A DNA stretch of 64,000 nucleotides from the human T2T-CHM13v2.0 reference genome, Homo sapiens. The position numbers were made by a program, and so were the translations under genes. This document shows positions 20,693-34,831 of this stretch, one piece after another (the first letter of the stretch is position 1; each line of letters opens with the position of its first letter). The stretch lies in assembly GCF_009914755.1 (NCBI RefSeq), contig NC_060929.1. One strand, given 5' to 3'. The notes under the pieces are model-generated. The model was not told the DNA's origin and ran no database searches. It was given only the letters and a program-made list of their open reading frames with translations.

Positions 20693-21129
20693 ACCACCAA
20701 ACATCTTAAACATCTATGTAACAATCCACCAAGGATTTCCACATCATATTAAAGTATTCAGAACACCCATCATCTAATTATTAAATACATCAGTGAGTAT
20801 TTTGTGGGTATTGTACTATATAGTATTAATACCAATTAAATTTTTCTTCTACACTGTAGAGAATTGTAATGCAGACTAACAACATGCATGTATGTTAAAG
20901 ATACACAACAAATGCAAATAACACAAACAAAATGCAGTTCTCTAGGGAGAATGGCTGAGCTACAACTATGATGTTTTCTACTTCCTCTAGCTTAGGCTCC
21001 TGTGTGAAACATAAACTTTTTCTCTGTTGTGCCCATGAGAATTCCTTCAAACTTGGGTGACCATATAATTCACGGTCAAGTTGGCACAGTTTTTGTGAGT
21101 GAAAGGAGAGCAGTTAGTAATTACATTGC

Positions 21130-21765
21130 GGCTGAGTACAGTGGCTCACCTCTGTAATCCTAGCACTTGGGAGGCTGAGGTGAGAGGATAGGATAGCTTG
21201 AGGCCAGAAGTTTGAGACCAGCCTGAGCAACATAGCAAGACTCTTGTCTCTACAAGAAAGAAACAAAAGAAAACAAAAAAACTCACCGGGTGTGGTAGTG
21301 TGTGCCTGTAGTCCCAGCTACTCGGGAGGCTGAGGTGGGAGGATCGCTTGAGTCCAGGAGTTCTGGGCTATAGTGCACTTTGTTGATCGGGTATCCACAC
21401 TAAGTTCGGCAACAATATGGTGACCTCCAAGGAGCAGGGGGCTCCCAAGTTGTCTAAGGAGGGGAGAAGCAGCCCAGTTGGGAAACAGAACAGGCCAAAA
21501 CTCCCGCGCTGATCAGTAGTGGGATTGTGCCTGTGAATAACCATTTCACTCCAGCCTGGGCACCATAGCAAGACTGCATCTCTAAAATATAAAAAAAATA
21601 AAAATACTTAGCCAGATGTGGTGACATATGCTTGTTGTCCTTCCTAGCTACCGGGGAGGCTGAGGTGGGAGGATGGCTTGAGCCCACGTTATGAGGTTAT
21701 GGTGCGCTATGGTCATGCCACTGTATTCTAGCCTGGGCGACAGAATGAGACCCTGTCTCTAAAAA
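21130..21765 (+). mobile_element. AluJ (left arm 21130-21280, right arm 21610-21765) enclosing a 7SL copy
   Basis: Two Alu monomers separated by the 7SL sequence. Degenerate outer TSD agttagtaattacattg / aattaataattaccttg. Confidence 0.85.
21285..21583 (+). pseudogene. Full-length (299-nt) 7SL/SRP RNA retro-pseudogene
   Basis: Contains the S domain absent from Alu (gttctgggct...cactaagttcggca..aatatggtgacctcc...taaggagggg...aaaactcccgcgctgatcagtagtgggat). Shows CpG decay and an A-rich tail. Confidence 0.93.
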
Positions 21766-22004
21766 TTAATAATTATTGATTAATTAATAATTACCTTGGT
21801 ATAATAGCTGAAACTGGAATTGTCTAGGGCAAAGTGGGATGTTAAGGAATTTGGAAGATTAATATGTCTTTATGCATTTTGCTCTCACCTTGTTTTTGCC
21901 AGATCCTAAACTGTGAAGTCTTCTCTTTCCTTTTCCCTAACTTTAAAAAATTTTACATTTTCTAAAATGCAATATATTCTTGTCATTTAAAAAAGCCATG
22001 TTTT

Positions 22005-22168
22005 GTTTTCACCACACACAAGAAAGGTTACTTGTGAGACAATGAAAGTGTTAATTAGCTTGATGGTGGTAATCACTTGACGAGGTATACATATATCTGA
22101 TCATCACATTGTACACCTTAAATATATACAAGTTTTATTTGTCAATTATACCTCAATAAAACTAGGGG
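22005..22168 (+). mobile_element. L1MA/MB 3'-end fragment
   Basis: gttaattagcttgatggtggtaatcac...ttgtacaccttaaatatatac...cctcaataaa. Confidence 0.8.
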
Positions 22169-24984
22169 GGAAACCCCACATCTAGCATGAGCCAGATACC
22201 TTGTACATTACTTAATTTTCCTGACTTGGTGAAGGACCCGTCCAGATACTGTTGTGCAGTCTACCCTTGATAGTCACTAGACTGTGCACACCTTTGAGCA
22301 AGTGCTGCTCCTATTCATCTTGGTGACCCTGTATCTCAGAGTGCCAGGCACAGAGATGGTACTCAACCACATGTTTGTTGAATGAGGGAACACCATATGT
22401 GAGAAAGAGACAAATTTCACCTCCTTTACTAATTGGATGTGCTAATCTACTTTAGAATGTTTCCTTTTTCTCTCTAGATTGCCACATGGAATTACATATT
22501 TTTTCCTAATATTGCCTTGGTAACCTCTGCTGGTACCTGTTCTAATATGTTAGCATGTGGCTCATCCTTCTATCTAAAGCTGTGGCTACTCTGTGGACCT
22601 TATAACAAAGAGAGTGTGAACTTCACATTAAATGTGATTCGAAGCTTCTAGATTCCATGTACATATTCAGCTATAGAAGCACCTCCTAAACATGGATGGA
22701 AATGCCTTAACACATGTCAGATGAGATTACAGCTCAGATTCCATGCAGGATCAACACACTGCCCTGCTATCTGGTGAAACTGTGCTAGTTTTTATAGTAA
22801 GAAAATAGTCTAATGAAGCTCTTGATCCATGAAGAGTATAAGTGTGCTCTACGAAGAGAAATTGTGAGTAATTCATGACCCAAGTCTAGGATAAAATATG
22901 GATCATTAAAACCAGCATGCCTCAATCTGAGCTTTCAATACTTAGAACTTTGGAATCACAAATATTGGATCGTTATCATTTTTGAGCAAGCAAGCTTTAA
23001 GCATTTCTAATCCTAGTTTTTCAGGGGAATTGTTTATAGAAAACTCCCTCTTAACTTTGCTAGGTAATTGGATGTGCTAACCTACTTTAGAATGCTTCCC
23101 TCTTCTCTCTAGGCTACCATATGGAATTCTAAAGACACACATTCTCCTTTCTCAAATCTCTCATTTTGCCCACCATTAATTTAATTTTGATGGTAGAGGT
23201 CTACCCTGAATATTATATAATATGTATTGCATTTCAATACAGACAAAGAGGTGAGGATGAAGAATTTCAGCTCATTTTTTTTTAAATCTGAGGCTAAAAT
23301 AAAAACAAGAAAATGTCAGAAGGACCATTAAAGACTTTCTTTCTGTCAAGCTCATAGATGCTTGAATAGCCTCTATCCGTCTCAAAGACCCTAGATGGGG
23401 AACAGTTATGTAGCATGTTTGTTGGTACTTCAGATGGAAAAGAAGGACACTCATTTAGGATGCCTTAAACAGCCCTGCCCCACCGAGGCTAAAATGTCTT
23501 TTAAGAAACAACTCTAGAGAATGGGACACCTTATTGTTTCTTCAAGAGCTGGCATCTTTCTATGCCTCACTTTTCTACTGTGCTACTATGAGGTGCGTCA
23601 ACTTCTTGCTTTCTTCTTCCAAAGAACCTGCTCTTATGGACCCAGAGACTCTATCCCCAAATCACATTACCCAAGAGAAAAAATCTGATTGGTCAGTCAA
23701 TCCCCGCCAGCACAGAGTTTGCCTCTAGGCAGAGATCTTAGACAAGGTCACCTAGTCATGTGTAGATAGTTGTGATTGGGTTAACCTCCCATTCTTGGTC
23801 AACTTAGCTGTGGCCAGTGTACTGGTTTTAAATGATACACTTATATGTTACACCTGCTGGTAACAAACTCCTCACAAGGGAGGCCATGGGAATGGTAGGC
23901 ACACTGAAGTTTCCCAGCCCCTGGCATTCTGTTCCTTTGGATAAGTGAGAGGAGTTCTTTGATTTTTGTCACCACTCATTTCTTTCTTCATTAAACTTCC
24001 ATCTGCCCTGGTCTACCATATTCCCCACTCCACTCCAATCCCATAACATCCAGTGGTGAAGCTTTCCCTTCTGAGTGTGTATATTTGTTCATGTTTGACT
24101 CAGAAATCTGGAAATTGAGTGTATTAAATAAATAAAAGTTTCCTCCATTCTTCCAGGAGCTGATGTAGCTTACGTTATTTCCAAACTCTGTATTCCATGT
24201 AGAATTCATGAAAGCCATGTAGTTCAAAATTAATTTGATTACTCTCTCAGGTTATCTGGGGCTTTGCTAGGACCAGCCAAGTTCCCATTTCTTTCATTTG
24301 TGTCGATCAGATCACATAATGTTTTATACTTTCATTTCTTGGCCCCATGATTACACACCATGGAGCTCATTTAGAATGTCCTGGCGTTGCTCCTGTGTGA
24401 GATATGAGTGCATTCTGCGAGTCCACAGACGTGTGCTGGCATTTCTTATTAAAGAGAAAATGGACCACACACTTCTGGCTTGTGCTTACAAGGTCTGAAT
24501 GGAAATTATTAGACCATAGGGAAGACTTGCAAGAGATAATGGTAATGTAGTAATTTTATCAGTTCATTCCATCTGAGAGGAAGAATCTCTTAATTTTCCT
24601 TCCTTCATTGGAAGAACTGTTTATGAACGTATAGTTCAATGACTCCAAAGAGCTGTGTGAGGGCTCCATGGGGGTCTCACGGGCAGAAACCCTTAGCTTC
24701 AGAAAGGACTTAGGAGTATAAACAGACACTAATGCAGAAATAATTCAATGTGTAGCTATTTATGACTGGCATCAGGAAAGACAGTGAGCCCTGTATACAT
24801 AGGCAGGGTGCAAGAATGCACTCTCTTAAAACACAGAGGGCAGGTGGACTCAAACTCTCTAGGTTGCCAGCTCCACCCTCTAGCCCTGTCATAGTCTCTG
24901 AACTACAAGCCTCCTGTTGGCTTTAACTCTCTGGGTTTTGTCTGTGACAAACCTCCATGTGGTAGGAATTTGGGGTAAATGCAT

Positions 24985-26496
<1,512 letters not shown>

Positions 26497-26942
26497 TAGG
26501 TTTGCATGTGTAAATTTGAATCAAACAGGAATTGCCAGTGAGAGATATCCTTTTGTGCAGTGGCTTATTTAAAAAGGGGAATGTATTGGCTCACATAGCT
26601 CAGGGCAAGAGGGAGGATTTAATGCACAACTTCAGTAATTTCATATAAAGTTGACGACAATCACTTTTTCTTGTTCTTTGACTAAGGTTCACATAACTCA
26701 CATATTTAACATATTACATAATCCTTAAATATTTAGCACCACTTACATGTCCAAATTCCCATAGATGATTTTAGAAAAGAACAAACTACAACAGATATAA
26801 TAATGCAATAATAACACTTACATAGTACTATATGCTGGGCACTCTCATAAGCACATTATGTTATTCATATAATCCTCACAATAACCTTATCAGATAGGTA
26901 CTAGTATTCACAATTTTTAAAAATGAGAAAAAGGCCCAGAAT

Positions 26943-27352
26943 GTCTTAATACATTTTGTGTTGCAATAAGGGAATACTGAGGCTGGGCAATTTACGAAGA
27001 AAATAGGTTTATTTGGCTCTCAGTTCTCTGCAGGCTGTACAAGAAGCATGATGGCAACATTTGCTCAGCTATTGGTAGAGGCCTCAAGCTGTTTCCACTC
27101 AGGGCAGAAGGTGAAGGGGAGCTGGCTGTGTAGAGATCACATGGCTAGAGAGGAGGCAAAGGGGTGGGAGGGAGATGCCAGGCCCTTTTTAACAACCAGC
27201 TCTCTCAGGAACACCTGCCCTCCAGAGAGGGCATTAATCTATCCATGAGCAGTCTACCTCCATGACCCAAACACCTCCTATTAGGCCCTACCTCCAACAC
27301 TGGGGATCAGATTTCAACACAAGGTTTTTGAGGACAAACATCCAAACTGTAG
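26943..27352 (-). mobile_element. MSTB-like MaLR LTR inserted into a MIR (MIR parts at about 26800-26942 and 27370-27450)
   Basis: ctgaggctgggcaattt...gcaggctgtacaagaagcatg...catgacccaaacacctcc...caaacatccaaact. Confidence 0.85.
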
Positions 27353-29135
27353 GAGGGAGAATTTTATACATCTAATAAGTTGTACAACTTGGATTCAAAC
27401 CCAGTCATTCAGACTCCAGAGTTCATCCTCTTAACCACTATACTTCTACTGATAGTAAAACTTGACAGATGTCTCAAGAAAATTACAAATTAACATCCCT
27501 CAAGAGTATAGATGAAAAAATTTCTCAAAATACTTCAAACCAAATTCAGGATGAATTATTTGATAAATAATTCCGGGCTGTTCATCAAGACCAAATGGAT
27601 TTATCCTGGGAATGCAAGGGTGGCTTAACATTTGAGACTTGAGCAACACAACACAATGTATTACAGAATAAAGGACAAAATCACATGATCATTCCAATAG
27701 ACCAGAATATACATTTGACGAAATCCAACATCCTTTCATGGTAAACAAAATAAAATAAAATAACTGGGAAAAAACAAAACTGCATCAAACTGATAAAAGC
27801 TATGTTTGAAAAATTCACAGCTAACCGTGTAGAAGACTGATTGCGTTTTTCCCTAAGGTTAAGAAGAAGGACAAGATTGTCTCCTCTTGCTACTTCTCTT
27901 CAATATTGTACTGGCTCTAGCCAGGGAAATTAGGCAATAAAAAGAAACAAAAGACATCCAGATCAGCAAACAAAAAGTAAAATTACTTTTATTCACAAAT
28001 GACATGATCTTTTATGGAAAATGCTAATGAATCCACAAAATAACAAATTTTAAATGATAAAGTTCAGCAAGGTTGCAGGATACAAGGTCAACACACAAAA
28101 ATCAATTGTATTTACATATACAACAGTGAACAATGCAAAAATGAAATTAAGAAAACAACTTCATATATAATAGTATCAAAATAATACAATACTTAGGAAT
28201 AAATTTAACAAAAAATGCAAGACTCGTAACTGAAAACTACAAAACATTGTCAAAAGAAATTAAAGAAGACAAATAAATGAAAACACATCTCATGTTAATG
28301 CCTCAGATGACTTAATATTGCTAAGAATATAATACTCCTTGAATCGATCTACAGATTCAACACATCCCTATAAAAATCTCAGCTAGCTTTTTTTGCAGAA
28401 TTTGACAAGCTGTTCCTAAAACTCATATGGAAAGTAAAGAAGTTCAGAATAGCAAAGAAAAAAATATTGAAAAAGAAGAGCAAAACTGGAGAACTCCCAC
28501 TTCATGATTTCAAAACTAACTACACAGTTGCAATAATCAAGGCGGTGTGGCGCTAGTACAAGAAGAGATATATGTCAGTGGAATAAAATTGAGAGTGCAG
28601 AAATAAGCCCTTACATTTATAGTTAATTGGTTTTTCGAAAGGATACCAAAACTACTTAATGGTGAAATAATAGTCATCTCAAGAAATGGTACCATGACAA
28701 CTGAATATGCAAAAGGGTGAAGTTGGACCCCCAACCTCATATTATCTACAAAAATTAACTCAAACTGCATCATAGACCTTACTATAAGAGTTAAAGCTAT
28801 AAAACTCTTAGAATAAAATACAGGAGTAAATCTTAATGACCTTAGTCATAATATGACCCTAAAAGACCAGTGGGGAAAGAAAAAATAGGTAAACTGGACT
28901 GCATGAAAACTTAAAACTTTTGTGCTTCAAAGAACACCATCAAGGAAATGAAAAGACAACGCACAGTTTGGGAGAAAATATTTGCACATTATATATCTGA
29001 GAGGAAACATATCCAGAATACACAAAGAATTCTTAGAACAACAAAAACACAAATAACCTAATTTAAACATGGGGAAAGGAATTAAATAGACATTTCTCCA
29101 AAGAAAATTTACAAGTGCCCATGAGACACAAAAAG

Positions 29136-29494
<359 letters not shown>

Positions 29495-30199
29495 CTATCA
29501 GAGAAATACAAATAAAAATCACAATGAGAAACCTGTATCAAAAAGAATGGGTTTCTTTTTGAGGTGATGAAAATCTTCTGTAACTGGATAGTGCTAATTG
29601 TTGCATTACTCTGCAAATATACTACAAATCATTGAATTGCACACAGTTAAAAGGAAAATTTTATAATATGTAACATATTTCAATAAAGCTGTTATTTTTA
29701 AAAAGCATGAGAGAAAATATTGATAAAGGTAGTTACAACAAATTTAAATAGCAAACAAAATTCTGGAGAGAAAAAAAATGGGCTACTCATAACCCAGAAC
29801 CCAAAGAAGGCTAACTGTCTTAACATAAAAGGAGCTTTTACAAAACAAAAACAAAAAACAAAACCACACACAATCTAAAGGGAAAAATAGTCAAAGGATA
29901 TAAATTGAGTTTTTTAATAAAAAGAAAACTCAACATATAAAAAGTTGCTAATTTCCAATAATAAGTGACATAAGTATTACAACCTCACAGAGAAACCAAT
30001 TTCAACCATCAGATTAGCACAAATCAACAATTTTGATAACACTGTGCTGGTGAGGATTCAGGAAAAACTTTATAAAAGTTTTTGCCTATAATTTTTTTCT
30101 CCAGAATTTTGTTTTCTATTTAAATTTGTTATGGCTTTTGCAATGCAGATTATTCAAAGCTTTTTATGTAACTAAATAAAATAAATGAGGGGCAATTTG

Positions 30200-30240
<41 letters not shown>

Positions 30241-30364
30241 ATTGCACATTCACATACCCTTTGACCCAGCAATTCTACTACTGGGAAGGTATTCAGTGGG
30301 AACTGTAAATACTTAACAATCAATTCGCCCCACAAAAAAGGGTAATGGAAGCCTTTTATTTGTA

Positions 30365-30497
30365 GACTTTGCCAATTTTAGTGGTGTAAGTAGTTCCACC
30401 ACACCAATTTCAAGCTACTGTCCTAACATCAACTGATATCAGAATTCCTGAACTTTTCACAAATGGCTGTCACAAACCCATCTTAGCACACCATTGA
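30365..30497 (+). mobile_element. MER63-like hAT fragment
   Basis: ggtgtaagtagttccacc...atttcaagctac...agcacaccattg resembles the MER63 terminus. Confidence 0.5.
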
Positions 30498-31099
30498 ATA
30501 TTCATCAGGAAATGCAAAAGGATATATGTGCCAAATTGCAAAATTATGTGTAATAGTAAGAGATTTGAAACAATCTAAATGGCTATCAATGAAGAACTGC
30601 TTATTAAAATACAGATGGCAGAGAAACAAAGTAGACAACTGCTTAAATTAATTGGAGCATAACATTATAAAAACAAATTGAAAATCATCTTTATTTACAA
30701 GTATATAACAATCTCTAAGCTATATTTTTAAATGGAAACAACTAAGATGCAGAGCAGTGTATCATACAACATTTGAGGAAAAGGTATAACTATATATGTA
30801 CAGAATATCTCTGGAAGGATATTTAAGGTACTAGAATCATTTATTTCCTCAGGAGAGGAGAAATGGGTGACTCATCCACATACCTGATCAGCATGCTGCT
30901 GAACACTCTCCAGGACTCTGCGACTATCTGGACTATCCTCTTGAGTCCTCTGTTCTGCACTCTAGCCACCTTGGCCTCCCCAGAATCTTGGCTCCATCTC
31001 CTAGACTCAAGAAGTTGCTGGTCTCCACCTGGTTTCCTCCTCCTTGTGCCATGTCCTGAAGGCTGTTTCAATCTGTGTGGCTTGGTTAGGGCTCAGGTC

Positions 31100-31487
31100 C
31101 AGACCTGGCCAGTCAATGTACTCTATTTCCTTGGCTGTAATGGCTAGTTCAGGGATAATAGGGTGACCATATCAGTCTAAGACTCAATTCCAGAATTTCT
31201 GTTGGAAGTTTTTCTTCTGGGATTGCTATCTTATTCTAGAAGAATAAGGTGGAGGCAACCACATGAAAGATTCTGCCTGACATTAAATTCAGAACAGAGG
31301 AAGGCAGAATGAAGAGACTAAGAGACTGAGACTTCATGATGTTGTTTGAACCTCTGAATGCATCTATACCCAAAACCCATAACCTGTTTTTTTTTTTAAT
31401 ATTTGAGCCATCAAATCCTTTTTTTCCCAGTCGAGATCAGTTCAATTTAATTTCTGCCACCTGCAGTTGAACGAGTCCTCAGTAATA
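31100..31487 (+). mobile_element. Old MLT1 (J/K-like) LTR
   Basis: cagaggaaggcaga...ttgtttgaacctctg...ttctgccacctgcagttgaacgagtcct. Confidence 0.6.
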
Positions 31488-34400
31488 TAGCTGAACTAGA
31501 TCAGCCCTGCTTCTTTTTAACACCCTTCTCAAACTCTGGGGATAAATCACAGTGGTCCTCTGTCTTCACGCACGCGCGCGCACACACACACACACACACA
31601 GTCACTCACAGACTCACACCAACTTGATCCTCTCCTTTTTCATCAAGGAGAAGGGAGCGGAGGACTCATACCACCCATTCTGTATCTGGCAATGAAAAGA
31701 CAAAGAGTGCCAATAATCATGTCACAAGTAAAATGGCATCTACACAAATGAAATGCAACATTGCTAAATGTGAATGTACTTCCAATTCATTTTTACCAAG
31801 AAAAAAGTCATTTAAGAAATGCTTGCACTCATCTTAAAAAATCATTTTTTGGGGGACTAGCCCTGTAAAGCAACTCATGGAAATCTGTAAGAGAATGAGA
31901 CCAACAGAAGATCTTGAAGGTGACAGAATAGTAGTGACAGTCCTAAGCGAGGAGCTTACTGGAATGTTTGACCTTCTCTACTGGCTCCAAGACAAACATT
32001 TGTTTTGAGGAAACAATTGTGAAAAATGCTTCTGTTTGAAAACATTAGCTTACGGAGCAAACAGTTGATTTAAAAATCTATACTTAAACTATTAGGTTTC
32101 TGCCAAATAAAACACTTGTCCACCCAAACATATGTTTCAATGAAAAATGCTTGCCATTGTAGACAGAGCAGAAGGAAATGCCCAAAATATGGTCAAACTT
32201 AGCAATAGTTTAAAAATCAAGTTGTTAACCACTGAATTGTCAAGATGGTAATTTTCCAATCAATGTTCCAGTATCACTTGTCAATTATTGTACTATAAAA
32301 ATAGACTAAGGATGTATTTTATGATTATTCATCTTTTAAAACATTCTATTTAAGAATCTGGCAGTCTTATCAATGCAAAAATAGTTTTTTTTCTTTGAGA
32401 GTCAGGAATCCTAAGTTGCTTTTTTGCAATTTCTTCTTCTTCTTCTTCTTCTTTTTTGAAGGGAGGTTAACTATATAACTTGGAGTCTTCCCAAAGATCC
32501 TTTCCTTACAGATTAACCTTACAGATTGGCACTCTTTGTCTCTGTTGTTTCATTCCAGAATACAGAGTAGGAGCCCCTCCACTCCCTTCTCCCTTACAGA
32601 AAGAAGACCAAGTTGGTGTAAGTCTGTGAGGGACTGTGTATGCATGTGCATCTGTGTGTATGTGAGGTTAGTAGACCGTGGTCATTTGTCCCCAAAGTCT
32701 GCGAGAGAGGCATGTTAAAAAGAAGCAGGGCTGATGCAGTCTAGCTATATAACTACGGTTAATCTGTAAGGATCTTTGGGAAGTGTATTTGTTTATTCTA
32801 AAACATTTTCCTACATGGTCTTTACCTCAGATGTATCTGGATCACTAGTCTTTTAAACTGCATTTCATTCCTTTTTTTTGTTGTAGTTCTTTATAGTTTA
32901 AAAAGAGCAGCTCAGAAAATCATAGTGTGTGCCATCCAGAGCTAGGAAATGGCATTGCCAAGCTCACCAAATCACAGTCCAGGAGAATATGTGCTGTACT
33001 GATGGCTTTATCCTGGAGCCCTGAACTGTTTTTCAGTTTCCCTAATTGTGAGTTGATTCTCAGACTTAAGCCTGAGCATATTTTAGGTCACAACATTCTC
33101 ATAAAAGCATCTTTCAGAATCTATGGAATGTGACTTCAGGACCCCCAGGGAGATGAGGTCCTGGTTCTTAAGGAGGGCAGCCAGCCATCCAGTTTTTCTC
33201 GTGAATGGAGGAAGAAAAGTCACCTGGGCCTCTCAGACTGTGTAGGGACCAGTCTTCGGGTTTTTGCTCAGGCAGCCCCCGTCCTGGAACACTTTTCCTC
33301 AGTTCCTCCCTACCCACCTGAATGCACACAATCTTTATGGCCCATCTCGTTTGTGAAGCTTTGCTTGATTGTCTCCTAAAGGGATGGCTTTCTCTTCTGA
33401 ACTCTTATGCCACTTGTCAGCTCTTGAACCCGAGCATTAGAGAGAGAAACTAGGTCTCTGAAAGATTTCCACAGTAGAAGATTATGGAAGGCAGGGGTAC
33501 CACAATTTACACACTTTTGGTTTTCCTCACAGTGACCTGCACAGTGTCTTTATTTTGGTTTAAAGACAAGTTTTCCAGTTTCAAAAGGAAACGGAGAATA
33601 GGTTATTTTTTTCTTTGAGAGGCTGTTACATAGAGAACATAGACTCACCGGAAACAATCCAATAAAAACAAGCCTTAGTGTCACCCTCTGACACCCCAGC
33701 TCAGAGGAGGGTAAAGGCATGCAGCCAGACAGGAAAGTGTATGATGAGGGAGGCAGACAGGCTTCCTCAGGTTCCTCTAGGTATATGTAAGAGCCGCTGT
33801 GAGAATATGCATTCTCTTTCCTCAACCCGCCCTGGGAGGGGGGAAGTCTCAGGAACCCCCTCATTTAGAGGGTAGCTGGAAGCTGCTCCTAGAGACTGTT
33901 GCTGGGCACTCAGGGGAACCTACCATGCACTAGGAACTGCCAACCCTCAGAAGGTGAATCAACCATAGCATATGTTTCTAATTCGAACAGATGTACTGTA
34001 ACATGCTTACCTCATCCTGGTTATGACTGAAGTCCTATAAGCTTCAACTAATTTAAGCAACAATCTGGTGACCAACAGAAGACTGTGTCTGAACCAGGTA
34101 GCATTTGCTAGAAGAGCTTCAAAGAAGATTGTCCCAGAGATCCCTACCAATAGTCTCGTGCACACAGTATGTGTTCATTAGATATTCTGTACAGCTGTTA
34201 AATTGTAGGTAACTATAATTGGGTTTGTCTATTCTTACAGATACTTGGAAAAATATAAGATTAAATTCCTGGGGAAAGGGTGGGATGGGAAGGAGATAGT
34301 GAAGGGAATTTGTGAGTTTCTGAAGGGATAGCTATTCTTGTCTAATCATTTCTCTTTTCCTTGACTTGTCAAGACAAAAAAAAAAAAAAAAGGAGTTGTT

Positions 34401-34534
34401 TTTCACCCAGTTGCTATTCATTAAATCTTTATGGGACTGAACTGCCACCAATATGTTTTAAACTCACGAGACCTTTGCAAATTATAATAGCTGATTTCCC
34501 TGCAAACGGAAAGGATATATTTAGAGGCTTTCCT

Positions 34535-34831
34535 GGGAGAATGAACTGGCCCCAGGGATTCATAATGGACTGCAGAGCCTTTCACCTCAAGGTCAGTAGG
34601 TCAAATCCAAATCAGGCCTGAGGTGGCTGAGAGGCATCGTTTGACTGGCAGCTGTTGGGTGACCAGGGTGAAAGGAACTGGAGGCTTCGGCTGCATTTCA
34701 AGTAACGTGAATAGGTGCTGTCTGCCAGGGTCCTGGCGGAGGATGAAAGAGAGTGGTCACAAATCTCCTGGGCTTGGTCTCCCGGACCCAGAGGCCATTT
34801 TTGACCTGGCAAAGTGAGGAGCTGAACTTCC
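34535..34831 (+). mobile_element. LF-SINE-like ancient tRNA-derived SINE relic
   Basis: Colinear blocks match my recollection of the LFSINE_Vert consensus: cagggattcataatggactgcagagcctttcacctcaaggtc, gctgttgggtgaccagggtgaaaggaactgg and cagaggcca...gagctgaacttcc. Confidence 0.72.

Larger units (their letters stand above)
21054..21845 (+). mobile_element. MER96B-like hAT DNA transposon split by an Alu/7SL composite
   Basis: gggtgaccatataatt...gagtgaaagg...taattac on the left and taattac...ctggaattgtctagggcaaagtgggatg on the right. Confidence 0.7.

Noticed and set aside
21285-21583. Functional 7SL gene
   Set aside because: Many substitutions including CpG decay, an A-rich tail instead of a T-run terminator, and Alu rather than native upstream sequence.
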